NCBI GenBank assembly: GCA_041641295.1
Contig: JBEPYO010000001.1
Span: forward strand, 608,001-672,000
Source of the DNA: Nitrososphaerota archaeon
GTDB lineage: Archaea > Thermoproteota > Nitrososphaeria_A > Caldarchaeales > Calditenuaceae
Direction of reading: 5' to 3'
DNA: 64,000 bases
Part shown: piece by piece, positions 37,190 through 47,502 of the stretch
How positions within the stretch are numbered: position 1 is the stretch's first letter
Layout of the letters: each line of letters starts with the position of its first letter
The notes under the pieces: model-generated
The model's input: only the letters and a program-made list of their open reading frames with translations
The model's database searches: none
Told to the model about the DNA's origin: nothing
Position numbers and translations under genes: made by a program

Positions 37190-38629
37190 ATGGCTTTCCG
37201 ACTCGGCAGGCTTAGGGGCGAGATGCCGCGGGATGTCGCCGAGTACACATCGTCTCTCAAATTTGACCGAGAGATTTACGGCGAAGTTATTGTGATAAAT
37301 GCCGTTCATCTCAAGTTGCTGGCGAGGCTCGGCCACCTCAGCGGCGACGCACTGACAAGGGGGCTCGCAGCCCTCAGGGAGGCTTATGACAACCCGTTGG
37401 AGATGGAGGATCCGAGCCTCGAAGATGTCCACATGGTTGTCGAGGACTATCTCGTCAAGACTGTACCTGAGGCCGGCGAGAACCTCGCCCTCGGCAAGAG
37501 CAGGAATGACTCGGTTGCAACAGCCATTAGGATGAGGGCTAAGTCTTGGGCTTTGACTTTGATGGAGTCGTCGCTAGGGCTTGTTGAGGCCCTTCTGGTG
37601 AGGGCGTATGGCGAGGCAGAGACAGTCTACCCGGCAACAACTCACCAGCAGACGGCAGCACCCGCAACCTTCGGCTTCACACTCACACACTATGCCTCTA
37701 GGCTATTATCAGCCCTCGGAAGCCTAGCTAAGGCCTACGAGGAGCTGGACCAATGCCCCCAAGGCGCGGCAGCCTGCTGCGGCTCCACCCTACCAATAGA
37801 CAGAAGGTGGCTTGCGGAGCAGCTAGGCTTTAAGCGGGTTCTGGAGCACGCACTCGACGCGTCCTCTAGCCGCGACTTCGCCGTCGACATTCTCTCGGCA
37901 GTGCTGAAGCTCCTCGTAGTTGTATCAGATATGGCCGAGTGGCTGATACACGACTTCACGCTGGGGTTGCTGGACATGGGAGACGAGTTTTGCTCGACCA
38001 GTAGCATAATGCCCCAGAAGAGGAATCCAGTTGTCCTCGAGGTTGCGCGAACTAAGGTGTCTGAGGCGCTGGGTGAGGTTGTCAGGGTCTCTTCAATGAT
38101 TCAGAGGAGGGTGGGGGGCTATGTCCTCGACCTGCAGCAGGTTACTCCCTCAATCTGGAGGCTGCTCGGGGAGGCGGAGAGCACCATGAGGGTGCTGTCC
38201 AAGCTTGTGGGGACGCTGAGTGTCGACGCGGAGGCCGCTCTTAAGAGGTGTGGGATGGAGGCGGGGATGGTGGAGCTCGCAAACTACTTGACCTTGAAGT
38301 ATGGCGTCGGCTTTAGGCGGGCCCACAGGGTCTGTGGCAGGATTGCGCGGATGCTCGCAGAGGGAAGCCTCACAGAGGAGGCTCTATGGCGAGTGTTTGA
38401 AGAAGAGGGGATACCTGCTAAGCTCACCCTAGAGGAGGTTTCCAAGATCCTTGACCCGCGCACGATTGTATCCAACTACGCCACCCTCGGGTCTGCTAAC
38501 CCCAGCGAGGTTAGGAGGATGGTTGAGGAGATGGGGCGTAGAGTGGAAGAACTTAGGACATGGGTCTCGGAGAAAAGGAGAGTGCTCGAGGCTGTGGTGG
38601 AGAAGACCTTTAACGCTCAGGCCCTTTAG
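37190..38629 (+). CDS. argH: argininosuccinate lyase
   Basis: EDVHM, GKSRND, SSIMPQKRNP, FRRAH. Confidence 0.9.
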   Translation: MAFRLGRLRGEMPRDVAEYTSSLKFDREIYGEVIVINAVHLKLLARLGHLSGDALTRGLAALREAYDNPLEMEDPSLEDVHMVVEDYLVKTVPEAGENLALGKSRNDSVATAIRMRAKSWALTLMESSLGLVEALLVRAYGEAETVYPATTHQQTAAPATFGFTLTHYASRLLSALGSLAKAYEELDQCPQGAAACCGSTLPIDRRWLAEQLGFKRVLEHALDASSSRDFAVDILSAVLKLLVVVSDMAEWLIHDFTLGLLDMGDEFCSTSSIMPQKRNPVVLEVARTKVSEALGEVVRVSSMIQRRVGGYVLDLQQVTPSIWRLLGEAESTMRVLSKLVGTLSVDAEAALKRCGMEAGMVELANYLTLKYGVGFRRAHRVCGRIARMLAEGSLTEEALWRVFEEEGIPAKLTLEEVSKILDPRTIVSNYATLGSANPSEVRRMVEEMGRRVEELRTWVSEKRRVLEAVVEKTFNAQAL

Positions 38630-39677
38630 AGGTTGTACCGAGGAACTCTTCCACGGCCCCAGCTATTACTTTGGCGGCGAATTCAAGCTCCGATATGCTT
38701 ACCGCCTCCTCAGACGTGTGTGCTAGGAGGGAGTTTCCGGGACCGTAGGCAGCTATGTTTCGCGTAAGCCTGTATAGTATGTTCATGTCGCTTGCACCCG
38801 TCTTCTTCAGTATTCGCGGCTTTCCACCCTGCCTTAGGATTGAGCGGGTGAGCGCCCTGACGATTGGTGAGGAGAGCCGGGTCTCGACTGGCTCCGTCAG
38901 GTCCAGCACCTCCATCCTGCAGCGGTGAAGAGTGACGGCAGCCTCAACTCTCTCCAGTATCGCGGAGGCCTCGACGCCAGGCGGGTATCGGACGTTTACT
39001 ACTGCCTCAGCGGCCTCGGGGAGCTTGGTAGGCCAATCACCTGCGCGTATCATTGTTACGGCGGATGTGGGGTTTTCGTAGCTTTTCCCCGCGAAGCTCA
39101 TTCTGATGTCTTGTATCGCGTCGAGTAGCTTGTCCAGTGCCGATTCGCCCATGTATGGGGCTGAGCTGTGGCCGCCCCTTGCGGTGGCATAGATTTTTAC
39201 GGTTAGGCTGCCCCTGTAGCTCACCGCTATTCCGTTGCCGCCTGTAGGCTCTCCTATGATGACGCCATCCGGTCTCAACCCTCTGCCCAGCATCTCCTGC
39301 GCCCCTCTACCCTCACCCTCCTCATCAACCAGCCCCGCAACAATCACCGTCGCGGCGTCGGGGTCAATCCTAGCTTTGGACGCGCCCACGAGCATGGCCG
39401 CAAGCGGGCCCTTAGCATCCACAGCACCCCTGCCATAGACCTCCGAGCCCCTCAGACCATACTCCAACTCCCCTGGAACCGTGTCTACGTGGCCAGCCAG
39501 CAATAGCAACCTCGGACCACTCCCCCTCCTAAAAATATAGTTCCCTGCATTGTCTATCTCGAGCGAGTCATAGCCAAGCCTGCGGGCCAGTACATCCATG
39601 GTCTCGGCGAGCCTCCGCTCCATACCGGTCGGAGTGTATTTGCTGAGAAGTTCTAGGAGTACCTCTTCAACCCTCAA
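38610..39677 (-). CDS. lysK: [LysW]-lysine/ornithine hydrolase
   Basis: GHVDTVPG, GRGAVDAKG, YGPG..LAHT (M20 family), located in the lys cluster. Confidence 0.9.
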   Translation of the reverse strand: MRVEEVLLELLSKYTPTGMERRLAETMDVLARRLGYDSLEIDNAGNYIFRRGSGPRLLLLAGHVDTVPGELEYGLRGSEVYGRGAVDAKGPLAAMLVGASKARIDPDAATVIVAGLVDEEGEGRGAQEMLGRGLRPDGVIIGEPTGGNGIAVSYRGSLTVKIYATARGGHSSAPYMGESALDKLLDAIQDIRMSFAGKSYENPTSAVTMIRAGDWPTKLPEAAEAVVNVRYPPGVEASAILERVEAAVTLHRCRMEVLDLTEPVETRLSSPIVRALTRSILRQGGKPRILKKTGASDMNILYRLTRNIAAYGPGNSLLAHTSEEAVSISELEFAAKVIAGAVEEFLGTTSKGPER

Positions 39678-40840
39678 CCAGCGCCACCCCTAGCAGACTG
39701 CTGAAGGACCTTTTCCAAGGCAGAGATAGCCACACTAACATCTTCTTCGTTTATCAGGTATGGAGGTAGGAATCTCACAACAATGAGCCCGGCCCTGAGA
39801 GCTAGGACACCCTCCTCCTGGAGACCGGTGATCACGGAGGAGGCCTTCACCTTGAGCTCGACCCCAATCATCAACCCCTTACACCTAACCTCCCTCACAA
39901 CGCCTGAAAACTCAGAGGCCACTTCTCCCAGACGTGAGGCGATAATCCCTCCCATCCTGACAGCCGCCTCCGGAACATTCTCACGCTCAAGCGCCTCGAC
40001 GCCACCGACGACCGCAGCCAACGCTAATGGATTTCCCCCATGCGTCGAGCCATGCTCACCCTCCTCCACCCTCGCCGCCACCTCTTCCGAGACCGCAACA
40101 ACGCTGACTGGAAACCCACCGCCAATCGACTTCCCAGCCACCAAGATGTCGGGCCTGACGCCGTGCTCCGTGTGGCTCCACACGCGACCAGTCCTGCCGA
40201 ATCCTGCCTGAACCTCGTCAACTATGAGGTAGGCGCCCACCTCCCGACACCTCTCCTCCAAAGCCCTCATGAACTCGCGCGTGGCTATGTGTATCCCACC
40301 CTCGCCTTGGACAGGCTCAACTATCACGGCCGAAACCCTCTCATCAATGGCCCTGAGGGCGTCGACGTTGTTGAAGGGTAGGAAGAGTGTCTCGCCTGGG
40401 AATGGGTCGTAGCCCTGCCTGTATCTCGGGTTGTGCGTTACGCTGAGGGCGGCCATCGTCCTGCCATGGAAGGCTCCGGTAAAGGAGACGTAGACCTTCC
40501 TGCCACTCCGCTTCCTCGCAAGCTTTAAGGCGAGCTCCACCGCTTCGCTGCCACTGTTCATGAAGAATAAGTGTCCGAGATGGCTTGGCAGTATCCTACC
40601 CATACTCTTCAAAGCCTCCTCAAGTATATCAGTATCAAAGATGGGGGGCAGACAGGTTATCGACTCTAGCTGACTTCTAAGCCTGGCGACAACGTATCTG
40701 TTTCTGTGGCCTAGGAACGCGGCTCCATGCCCAGTATGGAGGTCTAGGTATCTCCTCCCCGAAGCATCCCATACATACTGCCCCTCAGCCCTAGAGACCT
40801 TCAGGCCCCTGGGGGCAGAGAATCTCAGGAGGGCCGGCAT
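39674..40840 (-). CDS. lysJ: [LysW]-aminoadipate/glutamate semialdehyde transaminase
   Basis: FHGRT, EPVQGEGG, DEVQAG.GRTG, class III PLP lysine motif. Confidence 0.92.
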   Translation of the reverse strand: MPALLRFSAPRGLKVSRAEGQYVWDASGRRYLDLHTGHGAAFLGHRNRYVVARLRSQLESITCLPPIFDTDILEEALKSMGRILPSHLGHLFFMNSGSEAVELALKLARKRSGRKVYVSFTGAFHGRTMAALSVTHNPRYRQGYDPFPGETLFLPFNNVDALRAIDERVSAVIVEPVQGEGGIHIATREFMRALEERCREVGAYLIVDEVQAGFGRTGRVWSHTEHGVRPDILVAGKSIGGGFPVSVVAVSEEVAARVEEGEHGSTHGGNPLALAAVVGGVEALERENVPEAAVRMGGIIASRLGEVASEFSGVVREVRCKGLMIGVELKVKASSVITGLQEEGVLALRAGLIVVRFLPPYLINEEDVSVAISALEKVLQQSARGGAG

Positions 40841-40848
40841 AGGGCACT

Positions 40849-41697
40849 CTAGCTCCTCAGCACGCGGATGGTCTCCTCGACAATCTTCCCAGCCAAGTCG
40901 TAGCCGGTCACCTGCACCGTGTTCCTAAACTCGACGACCGCGTTAACCTCGCTGACAAGGGTCTCACCCTCACGAGTCTCTAAGAGGTCTATTCCTAGGA
41001 CCCCTCCACCCATAGCCTCTCCCGCCCGAATAACCAGGTCTACCTGTTCCTCCGTGAGGTTGGCGGGTGCTGCCTTGCCTCCCAGGGCTGTGTTTGTCTT
41101 CCAGCGCTGGCTAATCCTGTAGATGGCTGTGGGGACCTCGCCCCACACGTAGAAGGCCCTGATGTCGCGGCCCGGCTTCTCCACATACTGCTGGATGTAG
41201 TGTATCTTGAAGTGGGGGGAGCTCATAGCTTCTCTGAAGTCCATTATGTCGAGGAGGTCGTCCTCACTCTTGGCTCGCGCTATCATCCGCCCCCAGCTTC
41301 CCATGATTGGCTTGACCACGACAGGGTAGCCGATCTCGCGCGCAGCCATGAGCGCACCCTCCCTGCTGTACGCTATCGCTGTCCTCGGAACCTTCACGCC
41401 TCTACTCACAAGCCTAGCCGTTGTGACGAGCTTGTCCCCACTATCCCTGATCGTCTCGTAAGAGTTTACGACCCTTATCCCCCGCGACTCGAGTATCGCG
41501 GTGGTGGCCAGGGCCCTGTAGTGGCTCACACACCTCTGGAAGACGAAGTCGACGTCATCGCCCTTACTGTCAGCACCTAGGAAGTCTATCTTCTCAGGTA
41601 TGAAGACTAGCCTCAGTCCTAGGCCACGGCTCCTGATAGCCTCTATAAGCATCCTCTCCTCGTGCCGCAGCAGGTCGTAGACTAGGCCAATTATCAC
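40849..41697 (-). CDS. lysX: alpha-aminoadipate-LysW ligase
   Basis: ATP-grasp GSWGR; AIYR...WKTNTA...EFRNT matches LysX-type signatures. Confidence 0.85.
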   Translation of the reverse strand: MIIGLVYDLLRHEERMLIEAIRSRGLGLRLVFIPEKIDFLGADSKGDDVDFVFQRCVSHYRALATTAILESRGIRVVNSYETIRDSGDKLVTTARLVSRGVKVPRTAIAYSREGALMAAREIGYPVVVKPIMGSWGRMIARAKSEDDLLDIMDFREAMSSPHFKIHYIQQYVEKPGRDIRAFYVWGEVPTAIYRISQRWKTNTALGGKAAPANLTEEQVDLVIRAGEAMGGGVLGIDLLETREGETLVSEVNAVVEFRNTVQVTGYDLAGKIVEETIRVLRS

Positions 41698-41701
41698 TAC
41701 C

Positions 41702-41884
41702 CTACTCTCCCCAGTCCTCCCCCACTTCCTCGGCCAGCCTCAGAGTCCTAGAACCGTTGCTTGTGACTAGTTCGAGTTGGGCTCCACACTCTTCATGCTC
41801 GAAAAGCTCGCCGTCAAGGGCGTCGTCGGGGATTTTGACGGCGCCGAAGCAGACGGGACACTTGAGTTCCGGCAATAGGCTCAC
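41702..41884 (-). CDS. lysW: amino-group carrier protein LysW
   Basis: CPVC...HEEC Zn site and C-terminal EDWGE. Confidence 0.95.
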   Translation of the reverse strand: MSLLPELKCPVCFGAVKIPDDALDGELFEHEECGAQLELVTSNGSRTLRLAEEVGEDWGE

Positions 41885-41917
41885 CTATTCCGTACCTAAG
41901 ACACCTGAATTCTTATT

Positions 41918-41961
41918 GATAAACGTATCTCGACTGCCGTAACTCGTATTTCCGGTTACGG
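41918..41961 (-). promoter_or_regulatory. putative lysW promoter with upstream inverted repeat CCGTAAC-N11-GTTACGG
   Basis: Minus-strand TTTATC at 41923-41918; inverted repeat at 41937-41943 / 41955-41961. Confidence 0.45.
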
Positions 41962-41991
41962 GTATAGTATCCTCAAATCCTCTATGCGGCG

Positions 41992-42789
41992 TCAAGTGCT
42001 GACCACCGTCCCTCTGCCCGATAAGGCCACTGAGATGGGGTCGTCGCCGAGCCCGCTAGCTATCAACACCCTCTTTACGCCACCCAGTGCCGCTTCAGAG
42101 GCAAGTGCAAGCTTCCTGTTCATACCGGGGCCAATCTTCTTAGCCAGCTCAGACGCCTCGCCGGGAGAGAGCCTCTCCACAACCTTCCCATCCACAATTA
42201 CGCCCTCCACGTCGCTGAGAAAGACAAGCATCTCGGCGCCGATCCCTCGAGCTATCCATGAGGCAGCCTGGTCCCCATCGACATTCAGAATCTCCCCCTC
42301 TGTTCCGAGGGCTAGAGGGGCTATTACTGGGAGATACCCTGCCTGCAGTATCTGGGCTATCAGGGATGCATTAACCGACCTTATGCTTCCAGTATATCCA
42401 CCGGGAATTATCCTCTTCCTACCCCGCTCATCCACGATGATTATCTTCTTTTTTCTTTCAGCAACTAGTAGTCCGCCGTCGACGCCCGAGAGCCCGACCG
42501 CCCTGCCACCATACCGCTGAACCGCCGAGACTATCTCCTTGTTTATCTTCCCGGCCATCGCCATCACGTAGACCTCCAGCTCCCTCTCATCCGTGTATCT
42601 GCTCCGGATTCCCGAGGGTGACGTGACTATGGTGGGCGTCACTCCAAGCCTCTTAGAATATTCGGTCACTATGTCTCCGCCCCCGTGGACGAAGACTATC
42701 CCTTCACCACTGCTGCGGGCCAAGCTCTTCGCGATGTTCTCCATATTGCTCTGAAGAGCCCGACCACCTGCCTTAACAACAATCACCAT
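41992..42789 (-). CDS. lysZ: [LysW]-aminoadipate/glutamate kinase
   Basis: VVKAGG, VHGGG, SRYTD, LNVDGD, GMNRK. Confidence 0.92.
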   Translation of the reverse strand: MVIVVKAGGRALQSNMENIAKSLARSSGEGIVFVHGGGDIVTEYSKRLGVTPTIVTSPSGIRSRYTDERELEVYVMAMAGKINKEIVSAVQRYGGRAVGLSGVDGGLLVAERKKKIIIVDERGRKRIIPGGYTGSIRSVNASLIAQILQAGYLPVIAPLALGTEGEILNVDGDQAASWIARGIGAEMLVFLSDVEGVIVDGKVVERLSPGEASELAKKIGPGMNRKLALASEAALGGVKRVLIASGLGDDPISVALSGRGTVVST

Positions 42790-42812
42790 ACCACGCCCTT
42801 CACCCCATCCAC

Positions 42813-43868
42813 TCACACAGGGCTTATGGGCAGCATGTTCAGCCCCTCCCTCTCATCAAGCCCGAGCATAATGTTCATGCACTGGACCGCCTGGCCTGCA
42901 GCCCCCTTCATCAGGTTATCTATGGCAGCGAATAAGGCTGCCCTCCTCCTAGAAGGCTCAACCGCGAACCCCACATCGCAGAAGTTGCTTCCAATCACGT
43001 ATTTCGGGTCCGGATACTTTACTGGGCCGGAGCGGACTATACGTATGAAGGGTTCCTTACCGTAGTGTCTTGCATAGGCCCTCCATATGGTGGTCTCGTC
43101 TAGAGAGTCTGCGAGCCAGACGTGGGCGGTTGCCAGGGCGCCCCTAACGTTGCCGACCGCGTGGGGGACCATGGCTATCTGAAGCCTTCTGCCGCAGAGG
43201 AGTGAGAGCTCCTGCTCAACCTCCGCCACATGCCTATGCCCTTCCGCCTCGTAAGGTCTGATTACGTTGGCTCTCTCGGGGTGGTGGGTTCCTTGACTGG
43301 GCTGCCGCCCAGCCTCGCTGCTCCCCACTTTAACGTCCACGGCAATGTGCTCTACTTCTATAAGCCCCTCCCTCACCGCTGGGGCTAGAGCGAGTATAGC
43401 TGCTGTCGCGTTACACCCCGGACAAGCCACTACCCGCGCATTCCTTATCTCGTCCCTGTGAATCTCGGGCAGCCCATAAACACTCTCCGACAGCAGTTCA
43501 GGGTCTCCGTGCGTAAACCCATACCACTCCTCGTAGAGCCGAGGGTCTCTAAGCCTGAAGTCTGGGCTTAAGTCCACAACCCTTAAACCGGCCTCAACCA
43601 GCCGCCGAGCCATCGTGTGAGATACGCCCGAAGGGACGCTCAGGAAGACCAGCTCGGCCTCGGAGACTATCTTCTCCAAGTTGAGTTCGGAGAACTTCAT
43701 CGTGCCCAATACTGAGCGGAGATTTAGGTGAACAGCTGCTACAGGTTTTCCGGCATACTCGCGTGAGGTAGCTGCGACGATCTCGACGCGTGGGTGGGTC
43801 GCTAGGAGTCTTAAGGCCTCGCCGCCAGTATAGCCGCTCGCACCTATTATCGCAACCCTTGTGGTCAT
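42813..43868 (-). CDS. lysY: [LysW]-aminoadipate/glutamate phosphate reductase (ArgC family)
   Basis: GASGYTG, ACPGCNAT, DNLMKGAAGQAVQ. Confidence 0.93.
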   Translation of the reverse strand: MTTRVAIIGASGYTGGEALRLLATHPRVEIVAATSREYAGKPVAAVHLNLRSVLGTMKFSELNLEKIVSEAELVFLSVPSGVSHTMARRLVEAGLRVVDLSPDFRLRDPRLYEEWYGFTHGDPELLSESVYGLPEIHRDEIRNARVVACPGCNATAAILALAPAVREGLIEVEHIAVDVKVGSSEAGRQPSQGTHHPERANVIRPYEAEGHRHVAEVEQELSLLCGRRLQIAMVPHAVGNVRGALATAHVWLADSLDETTIWRAYARHYGKEPFIRIVRSGPVKYPDPKYVIGSNFCDVGFAVEPSRRRAALFAAIDNLMKGAAGQAVQCMNIMLGLDEREGLNMLPISPV

Positions 43869-44710
43869 CGCTTCATCACCGAGACCACATACTTTGCGAG
43901 CTCGTCAGCAACACTTATCCCAGTCGCCTCCATGAACCCCTTAAACTCCGGCACACCATTCACTTCATTCAGATAGAGTTGCCCGCTGCTCTTATCCTCA
44001 AGGATGTCAATTGATATGAACTCGCCGCCGACTGTCTTGGCAGCCTTGATGCTTAGCTCGGCTATCTCGCCATTAACCTTGATCGGCTCAGTCTTACCTC
44101 CGAGCGCTACATTAGTCCTCCACTCGTCCCCTACGCTCTTCCTAACCACAGCGCCAATCACCTCTCCGCCTATTACTATTGTCCTAATATCCCTCCCCCC
44201 ACTCTCTATGTATTCTTGGACGATGTGTGTTCGCAGCTGCTGGCTCTGCATCATCTGCCTGTGCTCTAGGACGCTTCTCCAAGTGTTCTTATCCTTCACG
44301 AGGGTTACGAGCCTGCCCCAGCTCCCGATGGGGGGCTTATCGACGAAGGGTTTGGGGAAACGCCTATACGCTACTTCCGCAGACTCCGCTCCCAATACAA
44401 CCATGCTTCGAGGTATCTTGAGGCCTTGAGCCTTCAGCTTGCTCAGTGTTAGTATTTTATCGCCGCAGAGCATGAGTGTTGTGGAGCTGTTTATCGCTAT
44501 TGCGCCTGCCGCCTCCCTGATGGCGGCGGAGTAGAGGGCCTTCTGCATCGAGACAACCCTGACTAGAGCAACCCCTGCGGCCAGCTCTCCTATCAGCAAT
44601 GGCATGGTGTTGACGTTGGTTAGCTTGACCTCTACCCCCCTCTGCCTAAAGCTCTCTATCATCAGCTTCTCCTCAAGCCTCGGCATATCGTAGAGCAGCT
44701 CAACCTCCAT
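43865..44710 (-). CDS. argX: glutamate-LysW ligase
   Basis: ATP-grasp; EWRTNVALGG and PEFKGF match ArgX-type signatures. Confidence 0.8.
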   Translation of the reverse strand: MEVELLYDMPRLEEKLMIESFRQRGVEVKLTNVNTMPLLIGELAAGVALVRVVSMQKALYSAAIREAAGAIAINSSTTLMLCGDKILTLSKLKAQGLKIPRSMVVLGAESAEVAYRRFPKPFVDKPPIGSWGRLVTLVKDKNTWRSVLEHRQMMQSQQLRTHIVQEYIESGGRDIRTIVIGGEVIGAVVRKSVGDEWRTNVALGGKTEPIKVNGEIAELSIKAAKTVGGEFISIDILEDKSSGQLYLNEVNGVPEFKGFMEATGISVADELAKYVVSVMKR

Positions 44711-44847
44711 CCCCTTTTCTACACCCTCCCCGCCACGACCATTCCAGCGCTACTGCATGATGATAAGCCTAAATAAAAACCCATTCCAAAACTAAAGAAA
44801 ATTAAGAATAAATGGCCTGTTTCTAAAGAATCTACAGGCACACAGGC

Positions 44848-45540
44848 TCACCTAATCAGCGGGAAAATACTAGTGACTATGTAGTCGATGAACTCGGACT
44901 CGGGCATCTTTGTGAAAGCGGTTACAACAGCATTCCTTGTCAAGCCTATGATCTTCCCACCGGTCCGCGTCGTGTAGACGATGTACCATATCTTCCCGTG
45001 GCTGAGGTATTCTTGGTATAGAGCCGTGTCCATGAGCGAGGGGCCGGCAAGCGCTAGCTTGTCCACACCCGGTATGTCGACCTGGTCGAACCAGATCAGC
45101 TTTGTCCCCTCTGGGTTGGACTCGTGTATCTGCTGCATGTTCTCTGGGGGGATATAGGCCTCGACGATGCTCTTATAGTTGAGGAAGAGGGCGTTTGAGA
45201 GTGTGGTTGCTGCAGAGTTTGCGAAGTGCTTCTCCTGGGCTATTGTTAGAAGTATCTTATCACCTCTGTTCCGAAACTCCACATAGGCCTCGATCGTCTT
45301 CACAATTGGCAGCTGTTTTCCCCTCTGCTTGATTCTGACGAGCTTATCCCTGCTGAATATCCCGGAGATGTAGTCCTTTCCCGCATGAATGTCCCGAACA
45401 TCTGTTAGGAGCTCAATCTCCCTATCCTCCTCCTTAACCAGCTGCCTCTCCTTAAACTCGCCCAGCTTGGCCGCTATCGTGGCTAGAGAGACCTCCTCCC
45501 TAACCTCGAAGATCTTCGCAGTAAGTACCATCGACTCCAT
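44848..45540 (-). CDS. conserved-looking hypothetical protein
   Basis: Long ORF with normal codon style and an upstream TTAAAT box. Confidence 0.75.
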   Translation of the reverse strand: MESMVLTAKIFEVREEVSLATIAAKLGEFKERQLVKEEDREIELLTDVRDIHAGKDYISGIFSRDKLVRIKQRGKQLPIVKTIEAYVEFRNRGDKILLTIAQEKHFANSAATTLSNALFLNYKSIVEAYIPPENMQQIHESNPEGTKLIWFDQVDIPGVDKLALAGPSLMDTALYQEYLSHGKIWYIVYTTRTGGKIIGLTRNAVVTAFTKMPESEFIDYIVTSIFPLIR

Positions 45541-45712
45541 GACAGACGGGTTATGGCCGTATTTAAGAGATGATGAGCACACATGCTCTGCCGCGTTGTC
45601 TAGTTGGTTGGATTGTAGGGTAGATATTGAAGTCTATGGGATTGTTTTCGTAGTAGGGTAGGCATCTGTATGAGTCGAGGCTCCGACCCGGTGCAGCGGG
45701 GTGGCTGACATC

Positions 45713-47494
45713 ATGCTACGAGTTGCAGTCATAGATCTTGACCACTGCCAGCCAACAAAGTGTGGGACACCGTGCATAGCCTTCTGCCCGCCAGTCAGGA
45801 ATAAGATAGAGGCCATCAAGATGGGTGAGAACGGGTTTCCAATAATCAATGAGGAGCTCTGCATCGGCTGCGGCATATGTGTTGCTAAGTGCCCCTTCGA
45901 GGCGATAGCCATAGTCAACCTGCCATCGGAGCTCGGAGGCGACCTCATACACCAGTATGGCGTTAACTCGTTTAGGCTCTATAGGCTGCCCTACGCCGAG
46001 CCAGGGACGGTCACAGGGCTTCTCGGGAGAAACGGTATAGGGAAATCCACGGCCCTATCGATTCTGGCTGGGCAGCTCAAACCCAACCTAGGAAAACTTG
46101 AAGACGGGTATGGTTGGGAGGAGGTTGCGAAGAGGTTCCGAGGAACACTGATTCAGGACTACTTCAAAAAGATGTCAGCCGGTATGCTCCGAGTGACCTA
46201 CAAGCCGCAGAACATTACTCAAATCCCCCGAGCAGTGAAGGGGAGGGTCCGCGAGGTTCTAACCCGAGTCGCAGGCTCCAAGCCGATAGACGATGTCGTC
46301 AAGAGGCTTGAGTTAGAACACCTCTTGGATAGGGAGGTCTCCGCTCTGAGTGGTGGCGAGCTCCAGCGTCTAGCAATCGCGGCGGCCATATTGAGGGGCG
46401 GGGACTGCTATATTTTCGACGAGCCCTCCAGCTTCCTAGACGTCAGGCAGAGGGTGAGGGCGGCATCGGCCATTCGAAGCCTGGTAGGAGAGGGGGCTCG
46501 GGTCTTCGTCGCAGACCATGACCTCTCATTCCTAGACTATGTCTCCGACACCATATTCATCTTTTACGGCGAGCCAGGAGTCTATGGAATAGTCTCAGGC
46601 CCCTACAGTCTAAGCGAGGGTGTCAATACTTATCTCGAGGGCTATGCACCGCTTGAGAACGTTAGGTTCAGGAGATATGAGATAGCCTTCTCAGCACATA
46701 GCCCCCCAGCACCTGACTCTGCCGGAGGGCCGTCCATCTACTGGTATCGGATGACGAAGACGTATGGGTCTTTTAGACTGGTAGTTGAGGAGGGTAGCGC
46801 CAAGATGGGGGAGGTGGTGGGCATAGTGGGGCCGAATGGCATAGGCAAATCCACATTCATCAAGCTTCTAGCAGGAATCGAGTCGGACGACTCTGGCAAC
46901 AGGATAGAGTATAGGTCGCTCAGCTACAAGCCCCAGCACCCGGAGCCGAGAGACGAGATAGTAGCCGACGCCTTGAGGAGGGCGGCTGGAAAGGACTTCG
47001 ACACAGAGCTCTACCGGTCGGAGCTGCTGAAACCCCTCGGCCTCGACAGGCTCCTAGACAGAAACATGATGGACCTCAGTGGTGGAGAGCTACAGCGCGT
47101 AGCTATTGCTGAGGCACTGTCAAAAGAGGCCGAGATCTATCTCTTAGACGAGCCGAGCGCCTTCCTAGACGTAGAGGAGAGATACGTTGTTGCGCGGCTC
47201 CTCAAGAGGCTGGCCAGGGAGAAGGGCGCCTACATATTCCTGGTGGAGCATGACTTGATGCTGATTGACTTCGCCGCTACTAGGCTGATGGTTTTCACAG
47301 GCCAGCCTGGGATAGAGGGGCATGCCCTACCGCCGATGGGTATGAGGGAGGGGTTCAACAGATTCCTCTCGGAGCTAGGCATAACATTTAGGCGCGACAG
47401 GAAAAGCAATAGGCCCCGCGTAAACAAGCCAGACTCGAGGCTTGACCGCATCCAGAAGGAGATGGGAGAGTACTACTATGTTGAGGCGGGGTAG
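45713..47494 (+). CDS. rli: ribosome recycling ATPase ABCE1/RLI
   Basis: N-terminal 2x[4Fe-4S] Cys pattern, two ABC domains, C-terminal RPRVNK..SRLD..QK..GEYYY. Confidence 0.96.
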   Translation: MLRVAVIDLDHCQPTKCGTPCIAFCPPVRNKIEAIKMGENGFPIINEELCIGCGICVAKCPFEAIAIVNLPSELGGDLIHQYGVNSFRLYRLPYAEPGTVTGLLGRNGIGKSTALSILAGQLKPNLGKLEDGYGWEEVAKRFRGTLIQDYFKKMSAGMLRVTYKPQNITQIPRAVKGRVREVLTRVAGSKPIDDVVKRLELEHLLDREVSALSGGELQRLAIAAAILRGGDCYIFDEPSSFLDVRQRVRAASAIRSLVGEGARVFVADHDLSFLDYVSDTIFIFYGEPGVYGIVSGPYSLSEGVNTYLEGYAPLENVRFRRYEIAFSAHSPPAPDSAGGPSIYWYRMTKTYGSFRLVVEEGSAKMGEVVGIVGPNGIGKSTFIKLLAGIESDDSGNRIEYRSLSYKPQHPEPRDEIVADALRRAAGKDFDTELYRSELLKPLGLDRLLDRNMMDLSGGELQRVAIAEALSKEAEIYLLDEPSAFLDVEERYVVARLLKRLAREKGAYIFLVEHDLMLIDFAATRLMVFTGQPGIEGHALPPMGMREGFNRFLSELGITFRRDRKSNRPRVNKPDSRLDRIQKEMGEYYYVEAG

Positions 47495-47502
47495 GGGCAT
47501 CC

